The notes under the pieces were generated by a model. The model worked only from the letters and a program-made list of their open reading frames with translations, was not told where the DNA came from and ran no database searches. Of a stretch of 63,603 nucleotides of DNA, positions 14,801 through 26,800 are shown piece by piece (position 1 is the stretch's first letter; every line of letters begins with the position of its first letter). The DNA lies in assembly GCA_000934665.2 (NCBI GenBank), contig JYFJ02002067.1:1-63603 (forward strand). The letters run 5' to 3'. Source of the DNA: Catajapyx aquilonaris. Taxonomy: Eukaryota. Both the position numbers and the translations under genes were made by a program.

Positions 14801-17800
14801 GATTCACATTCGTCCTTGTTGATCTCACAACTGGAAACAGAAATGTGTCAGTTGTGTTGCTCAGACCCCTTTCTTCAGCCACCCCCCTCCCCCTCCCCTG
14901 TGATTGTAACACTTATCACCTGATGCTATGGAAGAGTGTCAAAATTTACAACAATTAAATTTGTTTTAACAGGCAGTGAGTTAAGTAGCACTTTTATTCC
15001 TGCCTGCTCATCACTTAGAGTCTTATAGTATCTAATCTTGTGGAAGATCCACTGCAGCAATTTTTCCCTAGAGTTTTCCTCGCACATCCTGCCATAGGTA
15101 CCGGTACCCCTGCACTTACAATGGACCGGTGTATCCATCAATGCACTGACAGGTGTAGTTTGCTATGAGGTCCTCACACCGGATGGTTGAGTTTTGGATA
15201 CATTCCGCATTTTTGCATTCATCTATGTTGACATCACAGACCTGTCCCTCATAGCCAGGATCACAGCCACAGTGGAAGTGTACAGAGGGATCTAAGCAAC
15301 TTGACCCATGTTGGCACTCGTGGTCATAGCAGAGGGTGCAGCTGACAAATAAAGGGAAAAATATGGGGTTAAATTGTGCAATCACCACCTGAAAAAAATA
15401 TGAGTCAATAGCAGTAGATATTAATACAGTATTTACAAACCCATCTCTACACTGGCACACCTCACTATACCAGCTTCCCGATATATCCATCACATACAAA
15501 TTTTCAAACATCTGATCATCCCAGATTTTACAGACATGCTGCTCTAAGCTCGAAAAAATATGGTATTATTTCTCCTGAGCTTTGTGTCTCAGAAAATAAA
15601 GTACAGTACTCATTTTATGGTGCACACAGGTATTTACGCGGAGGGACATATGCTAACAAAGATTGAGCACATACTTGTAAGAAACGTATTCCTTCTGCCC
15701 ATCAATGTGGAATGCATTGGGAGCCATCTGGTGAATGAACTGGTGGTTCATATCATTCAGCTCCTCAAGGGACACAAATGGAAGTAGGAGTCCTCCTATC
15801 CTGACCTGGTCCAGGCAGCCTCGGAAATGATTTGCATGTGTGCCACTGGCAGTGTGGACTCCAACACGTGGAGTCAGGGATGTTGACGATGAGAACGAAT
15901 CAGATGTGGCAGTGTAATAGGTATATTTTGGCGGAGTCCAGTCTTCTCCAGGGCCACTACCCATTGTTACCTACATGAAAATGATTTTAGCTCATTGCAT
16001 GTTGCATTTCTTATGTTCTGTAACATCATCCTCCATATTCCCAAAAAAGTAAAAAAAATTGTGCCTATTTTAGGTTTTTTTGTGCCTATTTAGGTGCCTA
16101 TTTGAGGGTTTTTTCATGCCTAAAAATCCGGACTCTGCTGATGAGTTACAGTACTCTGTACATGTAGTATTAACATTTATAACTCCATAGTACTTTGAGA
16201 GAGAGAAAAAATGGAAGCTGACATTGCAAAAGAGGGAGTAGTTCATAGGGGATGGCAAATCCCGCATATTCCAAATGCTTCCTGTGGCCATATGATTAAC
16301 AAAGTTACAAAATCTTGGTCTCAGACAGAACTTGCGTAGTTCTTGCAAACAAAATTCAATCCAAATCCTTGTTTAAGAAGACCACCATGATTTTCCCCCT
16401 TCCCATATGTCTTCAGAAAGGTATCAATATTATATGCTAGGTATTAGAAATGATCCTCACCTCTCCATGGAGGACTAAATTCCTGAAAGCCTCTCGAGAG
16501 GTCTCTTCTTTGAGCAACACAACATCTTGGCTGTCCATCTGCCCTGTGATCTTGGTGTCAAACACAAGTGTGACATCATGCCAGTTTCCATCAAGTGCAC
16601 CTTCCCCAAATGACCCATTCACCACATCTTCCCCATGGTCCAAATTCCATTCCATGTACACTCCATTATGATCCACTCCAATCACAAGAAAGTTGACCTT
16701 AGCAGCCGCAGGTACATCATCTGCTGGGATGTCTGTGGTGTGTGCAACATCTGCTGACTCTGAGACATGGTTACTCTCGTAGATGAAGAGAACAGCACCC
16801 CCAACCTGGCTGCGAAACCGGAAGGTGATGTTTTCAATAGTGACAGCATCACCATCTGTCATATTGACCACCAAGTGCAAGGAGCTGTTGGCACCATTGA
16901 AGGTGGCAGAGGACTGGCACTCAAACCCTTCGTCTATGCTTTTGCATGTTGTGGTCTCAGGGCACTGTATCCTGGAGCAGAACTCTGTTTCCTGGCAAGT
17001 CTTCCCTTTAAAGCCTGCTGGGCAATGGCACCTGAGAATGGAGCAAAAGAAAGCATGTGATACCTGTGACTTGGGGAAAAGGGCAGTAGTATATTGAATT
17101 CCTAGTAAAAATGAATGATTGATTTGTTTTTCTTAATGGTTTCATTAATAACTCAAGCTTTCACTGAGTCGCATGAGCATGACTTCTGGCAGGTACAAAA
17201 GTAACTGCTGTTAGCCTACTCTCAAGAAAAATAATCAGAGTGGTCTGCAAACTCACACAAAGTCATTCCATGTGACCTGGCACGTTCCATTGTTAAAGCA
17301 GGGATCTGCAATGCAGGTGTTGTCAGATAATTCTCCTCGAAGCAGGCTCGCCCTTTCCACCTTCCCTAGGGTAGGTGGCATCCTAATGGAGCTGTCATTC
17401 AGTGGGAAGAATTCCACTATCCGCTTCTCCTTTCCAAAAGTAACCTGCAAAACACCCAAAATGATCAACTCAAGCAGCATTTGCTTTCCATACGAAATGT
17501 CATAGGTGGAATTATTATAGGGTCCATTTGGCTCAAATTATGTGTGTAAAAAATTTAACTTGATTGCTGGAATTATGGGACTTAAAATGATAGCTTTTTG
17601 TGTTCAGAACCACTTGTCAAAGTCTCAACTAGCCTACATGTAAATCCAGAATTACATCACAACAGCTTAGTTACTTGGTCTTCTGTTAGCTAAATATAAA
17701 CAGTATTTGAATTTAATGGCTGACTTGTTATCTTTATGATAACATGAATGAAAGCATCTGCCAGAATTATAGCACAGTATAGCCATTTTGCGCCATTAAA

Positions 17801-20800
17801 AGCCTAACTGAACTAGAATTATAAACTGCTTGTAACAAGTATCATAGTTCTGAGCAATAAAAATTTTATTAGGCGTAATATTAGCCTCTTCATCCTTCCC
17901 CTTCAGCAACCAATAAAATAAGTAACATAAGAGTCATGGTCTCATTACATGAAATGGCGCTCTTTCAATATTCTGATCTTGCAGTGACACATGATCGCAT
18001 TGGTCTTCAACCACTTTATTGTTGTTGATTGTTATTATATTCAGGGATGGAAAAAGAACTGCTTCCTTCCAAGAAGCGGTTCTTTTTCCATCCCTGATTA
18101 TATTGATATTTAAACTTGGTTGTTAAATTTTTAAGCATTTCTCACCTGCACATCTTGCATGACTCCCTTGAATGGCGTATGCCTCTCTTTCTCCAAGGAT
18201 GCTGCTCCCATTCCTGAGGGTGGGATAGCACTAGCTTGTCGCCTAGATCTGGGATCACTTCCTTCCACTCCTACAACTCCAGAGCTTCCGCTACCTCCTC
18301 CAGTTGCACCAGTTGGAGTTGCAACTGGAATTGCTCCCAGGTACATAACACGTGGCTCTAATGGTGCCAAGATACTACTGGTCTTCCTGAAATGCTCTGT
18401 CCCATTGATCTGCACCTGCAGCAATGTGGCGCTGCGATTGACCATCACCAGATGGTGGTTGCCATCATTCAGTCGCAATCCACTGACAGTTATGTTTTCC
18501 CCTTGCTCCTTGAACCTCATCTCCACCTTCAGCTGGCCAGCCTCCAGCCAAGCAGCAACGTAGGAATTGCCTCCTTCCCTCCACGGGCTCTGACCCGAAT
18601 CAAACATGTCACCCAAGTAGAAGAGGAACCCAGACAGATGCCTAGTGCGAATGAACATGGAAACTGTAAAGGATGTGTTGAAATGGACCCTGGTGGTGGA
18701 GTTGATGGTAACCACTACCATGCTGTCATTGATGTTTTCATGACTGAATGTGGCGGCTGTGTAATCTGAAAGGTAGCAGGATGTTATGTAGTAACTACAT
18801 AGTAACTTTTTCTTTACGTTAATGTTGTCCAATATAATGGAAACGTGTCCATTATGGAAAACTTTCATGGAAAGGAGTGATTACACCGCATAGCCTATAG
18901 GTGTCACTGATATTATTATTGTTGGTTTTTACATTGTTATTGAACATACTACCATAAAAACTAATCAAGCCAATTAACTTACTGTATTTGCAGGTGTCTC
19001 CTAAGTATGGCCTGCGGCAACTGCAAGTAAAGTTCCTCCAAAGGTCAGTACAGTTTCCATTGTTCTCACACGGATTGGGTACACATTGAGGAGTACGTGG
19101 GCACTTCTCCTCTACGTTGACCAGTTTTAGATAATTTGAAGGTTCTGGAATTATCAGTCCTCCATTGATGTTGATATCTTCCATGCAACCAGCAAAGAAA
19201 GGTGTGTTGGGCACCAGAGGTCTGAGGTTTGAAGTAGCCCCACCCAATAGTGTGAGATTGAAGCTGGTGTGAGTTGCATTGATGGTTTCAGCAGGGTTCA
19301 CTGAAGAGATGCTCAGTTCATCATTGGCCGAGAGAACCAAATGGGTGATATTGAGGGAAACCCCAACGGACTGCCAGCTGTCATTGTTGAGCCCATTTCC
19401 AATGTAGATACCTTCCCAGCGGTTTAGCAGGCTGGTGTGAATGTTAAGCCTTCCATCTTGAAGTTCAAGGCGATAGTATGTAATACCTTGCCCTAATGCT
19501 AACAGTACACTGGGGAGTGTTGTTCGGAATCTGAATCTGAGTTCATACCCTTCATCACGTTCTGACTGCATTATTATGTAAGATGATCCGTTCATGGACA
19601 CTGTGGTAACTTTCTCACAGAGATCACCATTAAAACCATTCAGGCATGAGCAGTTGTGCCCATGCTGTGTTTCGTTGTGCACAAATGGTATACATGTACC
19701 ACCATTGATGCACTGTATACCATCACATCCAATCAGAAGTACACTGCAGTTCTTCCCTCCATAGTCTGGAGGGCAGCTACATTCATAGTCATTGACTCGG
19801 TCTTCACAAGGTGCATTCAGGCAGGGATTGTATCGTGCACATTCATCTATCTCTATCTCACATCGGCTGCCTTCATAACCTGGCATGCAGCTGCAAGTGT
19901 ACATGTTAATCCCATCGATGCAAGCTCCATGGTGACACTCGTTGTTCACGCAGTCATCGATGTTAATTTCACAGTTTTTCCCCTGAAGGCCATCAACACA
20001 CACACACACATATCCAGCTGAGGTGGAAACATCGAAATGCTCAAACTCAGCCCGACCCAGTGTGCTGTTCTCGTAAAGTGTCCTATTTGAGAGCTCCAAA
20101 CATGTACCACCTCCGGAGCATGGATTTGATTCGCATTCATGTATGTCCTCTTCACAATTCTTCCCGGTATACCCATCGTGGCATTCACAGCGATAATCCT
20201 TCACTAGATCAACACATGTACCCTCATTCATGCATGGACTGGACTCACAGTCATCTATACCACTCTCACAATGGTCACCGTAGAATCCAGTATTGGTGCA
20301 GTTGCAGGTGTAGTTGTTCACCTGATCAATGCACTGGCCCTCATTCATGCATGGAGCAGACTGGAAACAAGTAGTTTTGTTACTGCCATGTGTAAGCCTT
20401 TAAAATTGTTATACATACCTCGCACTCATTGATGTTGATGTGACACAACTTTCCAGTGTAACCAGGAGGGCAAACACATTTAAATGAACCAATTCCATCG
20501 ACACATGTTCCACCATTTTCACACAGGTTTGGATTGCACTCGTCAATGTTGATATCACAGTCACTCCCTGTACAATGGATATAAATTCAAACTGCTGTCA
20601 ACATGATAAATATTACACTCTTTTTAGCAAATTTGGAATTGTCATTTGTTGAATACCATGCATGTATCCTTGCATATCCAGAATCAGAGACAAAGAGTAT
20701 AAAATAAAATCTTGTGTTCACAACTAATAGGAAAGAAGTAAATGTAATAATCTACAAATAGAAAATTGGCGCACCTGAAAACCCCGTTTGGCATTCACAC

Positions 20801-23800
20801 TGGTATCCATTCACTAGATTCTTGCATGTTCCATTGTTGAGGCACGGGTGGGACAGGCACTCATCAAACTCAAGCTCACAGTGGTCACCCGAAAATCCTG
20901 GGCGGCAGAAGCACTCGTAGGATCCTATTGCAGTAGCAAAAATTATCAAAAGAGTTTTATAGGTAGCCATTTCATCTGCTGCACTCCACAATGACTCAGA
21001 GGAGACTGTTCACCTCCCCACAAGAGTCACTGGTAAATATACACACACATGTAATGCAAGCAGGTGCATGACAGAACAATGGGACTGGTCTCATTAATAT
21101 GAATGCGTGACTACACTAGTCACGCTTAAGGACCCATTTGTAAATGACCTGAAATCACAAGAGACGCTATGCCATAAATTAGAAGACAATTTAATCCAAG
21201 GATCCAAGTCCAAGGCTTTTCCCTGCAGTACTACACCGTAAACAATCATTGATGCAATCTTTCTCCATAAAGTTATATTGTGGAGCATCATTTACCCAGT
21301 CGTAAATAATAATATACATGTCGTGTGATTATTCAGTCTGAAACTTGTGCTGTACCAGGCAAGATATGTGTAATAGTTGTAATTCTGTTTGTCTGTATTA
21401 TAACTAATGGATGTTACTGCTTTACTGCTTTGCATCTCCATTACAATAAAAAGTTACAGATTGACTGTAAGTGCCAGGAAGATAGATTAACCACTTCCCA
21501 GAAGCTGGCCATAACAAAATGCTCAAATTGTCAAGGTAATGGCGCAAGCCTTAGTTTACTTGAGGCATTTATCTATTACTATTAGACATAATAGTTGGAC
21601 AGAATTTCCAATAACTCGTGAAAACAAATCCATCACAACAAAAATGGTAGATATTAAATTTAGTGAAACCTATCTATACAAGGCGTTTCAGAGTCACGGG
21701 TCAAGCGCGCACAAGAGGATGGGGAAAAATCGTAGGTGGCGACAACCTGGTCGGTTTAATGACACAATTAGACATATGGCAGTAATCAATTTATTTATTA
21801 CGGCCATATGGTGTGACATCACATCCTTTCTGTTCGAGTTGACTGGTGCGGACTGGCAGGTGCAGTAGTGGGTTGAATCTGGTTGAATGGCTTTTTAGCC
21901 TTGCAGGTTGCACTGAAAAAGACGCTCTCCTGCTATACTGTACGCACTACTGTACAGTTAGTACACTACTTTGTACAGTACCCTACCGGTATAGCAGGAG
22001 AGCACCTTTTTCAGTGCAACCCGCAAGGCTAAAAAGCCGTTCAACCAGGTTCAACCCACTACTGCACCTGCCAGTCCACACCAGTCAACTCGAACAGAAA
22101 GGATGTGATGTCACACCGTACGGCCATAATAAATAAATTGATTACTGCCATATTTCTAATTGTTTTATAAAACCGACCGGGGTTGTCGCCACCTGCGATT
22201 TTTCCCCACCCCCTCGCGCGCGCTTGACCCGTAACTCTGAAACACCCTGTATGGTGTGTTCAAATGAAACAAAAAATTAGGCAATATCTCAAGAGCTATT
22301 TGTCTCAGCTGAGTGCTAGTGGTATATCTGAGTAGGCACTTGCATGGCTAATTTTCGTGCAGAGTAGTTAGTAGTCAGTATGTATGTAGTAGGAACGAGA
22401 GCATTTTATGCAAGTCTCCCAGGGCTATGGATTTGTCCAAGCAGGCACAATTCACCATCATCCCTTTTCCTCATCAAGGAAGGAATTTCACCAGTGGACA
22501 TTGTCCATTGGATGTCAAGGGCAGGTGAAAAAGCCTGTTTCAACCACAACACCTTGGTGTAGAAAACCACTAAGGAAATGTTCTCTAGAAAGGTCCTCCA
22601 TGCACACCTGTCTTGACAAAAATTCCCTACACCTTTTGAAGAGAGTCTTGTGGTTGAAACAGACACTCCCATGGACCTTCTGCATCCAATGGACAATGTC
22701 CACTGGTGCAATTCCTTCCCTGATGAGGAAAAAGGATGATGGCGAATTGTGCATGTTTGGAAGAATCCATAGCCCTGGGAGACTTGCATGAAATGCTCTC
22801 CTGCCCATTAAATGCATTCAGACTACTCTGCATGAAAATAAGCCATGCAAGTGCCTACTCAGAGATACCACTAGCACTCAGCTGAGACAAATAGCTCCTG
22901 AGATGTTGCCTCACTTTTTGTTTCATTTGAACACACCTATTATATATCAAAATTACCCTGTTCTGAAAAATTCTCAATGTAGTGAACAGGTGTCCATTAT
23001 ACAGCATTTCATAATTTAGCTCACATCCATAGCAGCAGAAATTTCACACCCACAAGCTCAGGGCCCTGAGGGAAAGGGTGCATATTCAGTTTTCCTGGCA
23101 AGCTCAGGGATAATGCTAACTTGATGCAGGAGAGTCCATGACATTTCAGCTGATATGGGTGTGAACTAAATTATGACACAGTTCATGTCAAAAGTGCACT
23201 AAAATTCTAGAACCAGAATGAAACAAAGTTCTGTTATTGATGAAGTGTCTCTGATAGGCAAGTTAAATTGCATCAGCTAACCCCACTCCATTGAGAAACA
23301 TAATGAATTTTTTGTCTATTTGCATTTTTGTGAGGGATATTATTCTGCGGTGTATTTTATTGCCCTTTGCACACTCTTGATCATGGGAGTATTTTATGAA
23401 ATATTGTAGGATGCAGATGAATCACACATTACAAGATGCAGAATGCAGTTATAAAATGAAGTGGTGAAGGTGCAATATTATGCCATACATGAACAATATC
23501 AGGGAAGTCACAATAAGCACCATCACCTGAATATAGCTCCCACCCTTGTAGAACAGAATTAGGAAGTCACATAGGTTGTCATTAATTTGTAGCAAGGTGA
23601 ATCCTTTTCTTTTTACAGACAAGTCTGAACCAATAAACTACAGTGCCCTATCTCTTGTGTAATGTCGTATGCAACGACAGCATCAAGAAAGTGATTACAC
23701 CTGCTGAGTAAGGTAACAGCCTTGGCAGATAAGCTACAAATACCCCAACGATAGAAATACAGAAGTAGAAGCTATTCACTTTGTCAAGTCGCTAGAAATA

Positions 23801-26800
23801 TCTGGCGTTTCCAAAATAAATCACGAAAGCTGTGGCTTTTCTGTACTAACATGCAATAGAGTGTATTTAAAATTAAACTTCAGTTTCCCTGATGAACAGA
23901 CTCACCCTGTGTGTTTTGGCAGATCCCATAGATACAAGGAGACCTTCCCTCACACTCGTCAATGTCTGTCTCACAATTGTGTCCGGTATAACCTGCCTTG
24001 CAATAGCAGGTATAGTTATTGATCCCATCCACACAAGTACTGCTGTGCTGACAAGGCCTCGAAGCACAATCATCAATGTTAGAAGTGCAGTTTGCACCAT
24101 TAAATCCAGCTGGACATCTGCACTCATAACCATCCACAAGGTCCACACACACTTGGCCATCTGTGCAGGTCACTCCAAGGCAGTCATCCTTGTTATGCTC
24201 ACACTGAAGTCCTTCGAATCCCACAGGGCACTCACAATAGTACTTGTGGTCAGGTGGACTCGTGATGCATGAAGCCCCATTCATGCAGGGGTTGGAGGCA
24301 CATTCATTGTAGAGCAGCTCACAGTTGCGACCCATGTAGTCAGAGGGACACAGGCATGAATAGTTGCCCACCAGGTCACGGCACTCCGCACCATTCTTGC
24401 AAGGGGCCGAGTTGCACTCATTCACATTAATCTCACAATAGGTACCTGGTAAAGAAAGATGATAGTTGTACCAATTGGCTGACATTTTAGTTTGAATCCA
24501 GTGGGTTCATTAATCCTCACCTTGGAATCCATACAAGCATTGGCAAGTAAAGTTGTCCATTCCATTGATGCAAGAAGCACCATTCTGGCATGGGCTGGAT
24601 GCACACTCATCAATGTCCTCACTGCAGTTCTCATTGGTCCATCCAGGCTCACAGGTACAGCGGTATGATCCAACCTGCAAAATAACAGATAAATAATTTC
24701 AATGTGAAATGAATAACGCTGGAACCAAGAGAGAAATACTCACAGTATTTTCACAGCTAGTAGCATGTACACAGTGCCGTTCCTCAGTGCACTCATCGAT
24801 GTCTTTTTCACACCAGTGACCTTTGAAGCCAGGTGGGCAAATGCAGGTGAAGTTGTTGATTCCATCTTTGCATGTTCCACCAGATAAGCAAGGCTGGCTC
24901 TGGCATTCGTCTATGTCCACCTCACAAGTAATTCCTGATAGAAAGTGAATGGGGAATGCAAGCTGAGATAAGTGCTGGATATCTTACAGTTTATGAAAAA
25001 CACTTTCCCTACCATGCCTAGTATGCAATTTATCATTGGCCTGCTATGTCAGTCAGTACAAGTGGAATTTTGTTGGTCATATCCTAAAGTACACTTTTAA
25101 AAATTTGTTACATTTTTGGACAGACAAGTGAGCTGGAAGAGACTGAAGGGAAATGCGGATTGGATTCTATTTCTAGTCAGTCTGTACTATCTGTCAAAAA
25201 AATAAAAATTCGGGGCTATGCAACCATCAGCACTCGCCCAAGGTGAAGTCTGCATAAAAAGATAGTTGCACAGCTTCAGGATACGTTTAGCTTAACATTT
25301 TTTTGACAGAAGGAACTATATGAGATTTTTAAAGTGATGCCACCTTTTTCAATGCTTTATTTATTTATATTTATGCACTTTTCTCCCTAAACTTGCCTAC
25401 AGCAACAAAAATAAAAACTCCCAATGCAAATGCTGCTTATCAGAAGCTAAAATGAATGCTTGTATTTTCCATTGTTTCTATTCTTAGCCTGCCATGAACT
25501 GCTACACAAAGAATTCAACTTCCCTCCGCCTACAACTGCGTTTTACGACCGAGAATAACATCAGATAAAACTCAATAAAAATCCGACTGTACCTGAGAAG
25601 CCAGCGATGCAAGCACAGTGAAATCCATCCCTCCTGTCGGTGCAAATCCCACCGCTCTGACACGGATTATCCTCGCACCGCAAATTCTCCGTGCAGTTTG
25701 GAGGTGTACCTAAAGCAGCAACAAAACCACTGTTAAAAGCAGGTGACGCAACATGGTGAATGCAGCCGAGAAAATACCAGAACACGGCTTCCACCCATAT
25801 CTACGAATCTGCTGGCCTCTTCCTTCAATCACCACTGCCAAGTAAGACACAACTAGGAGCACTATCACTAAGCACTTGTAGTTCATGCCCATTGCTTCGG
25901 ACTGAGCGAACAGAACTGTAGCAGGGCTCCTAGGCGACTGGCGCCAGCAACACCTTTGTTTTCTGGCTGTTGTGCAGCATCCCGTCTGCAGCGGAATAAT
26001 TGTGCCAGGAAGTACCTTGTTTGGAGTTAGTCATCCAAAGGCACGGTTCGCTCGGTTACAAAAGAACGCGGACATTTGCACACACATACACACCCAGGTC
26101 AGGCCGGCTCGGAGGAAGCGAGTCCACTAAACATTCGTTTGTGACACACACTTGGCATGCTCGGAGGCGGGGGAAATAATAATAAAAAAATAGCACAATG
26201 CAGTGCAAAGTTCATATCTGGCCGGCCTTGTACACTGTACGGGCATTTCGATTTAGGAGCACATGCTAATCGCAAGGCTGCTTGAGTGGGGATTGGTCAT
26301 GTTCCGATTTGATGGCGGCACGCGCGTGCCCGAGAGAACTTTACACCTTGCAGACATACGGCCTACATGCCTAGACAGTCAATGTATGACTTCACCAGAA
26401 AACAATTGTTCATATATCTCCGGTAGACACGACTCATTTCCAATAAGAGTTGTAATGCCGCGAATTACAAATCCCCCTTTGTGTAACAAGAGCTGACTGA
26501 CCTGCTCCACGGCAGATGCATTGACCCTCGTGACACAGCATGTAGTCCGGACATCCACTCCTATTGCTGCATCTCATACTGTCCACCTCACAGTGGACCC
26601 CCTCGTGTCCAGGTTGGCAGAGGCACTTGAACCCTCCCACCAGGTTGAGGCAGGTGCCTCCGTTCGTGCATGGAGATGAGCTGCACTCGTCCACATGCTG
26701 AGAGATGACATTTGAAATGACAGCATTCTCTGTCAACAAGTCACCGCAACTTACCTCTCTGCAGTTAGGTCCGCCATATCCGGGTTGGCACTGGCACTCG

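Noticed and set aside
15070..15121. Off-frame EGF-like peptide [16 protein letters not shown] straddling a crumbs donor site
   Set aside because: Not in the crumbs reading frame and no usable acceptor; the normal splice path is already complete. Most likely chance.
21846..22817. Mirror-image ORFs on both strands
   Set aside because: Produced by the palindromic transposon derivatives, not genes.
26434..26501. Read-through of the crumbs exon 10 donor to a stop, which would give a secreted head from crumbs itself
   Set aside because: No minus-strand AATAAA/ATTAAA seen nearby and the extension looks like ordinary intron sequence.
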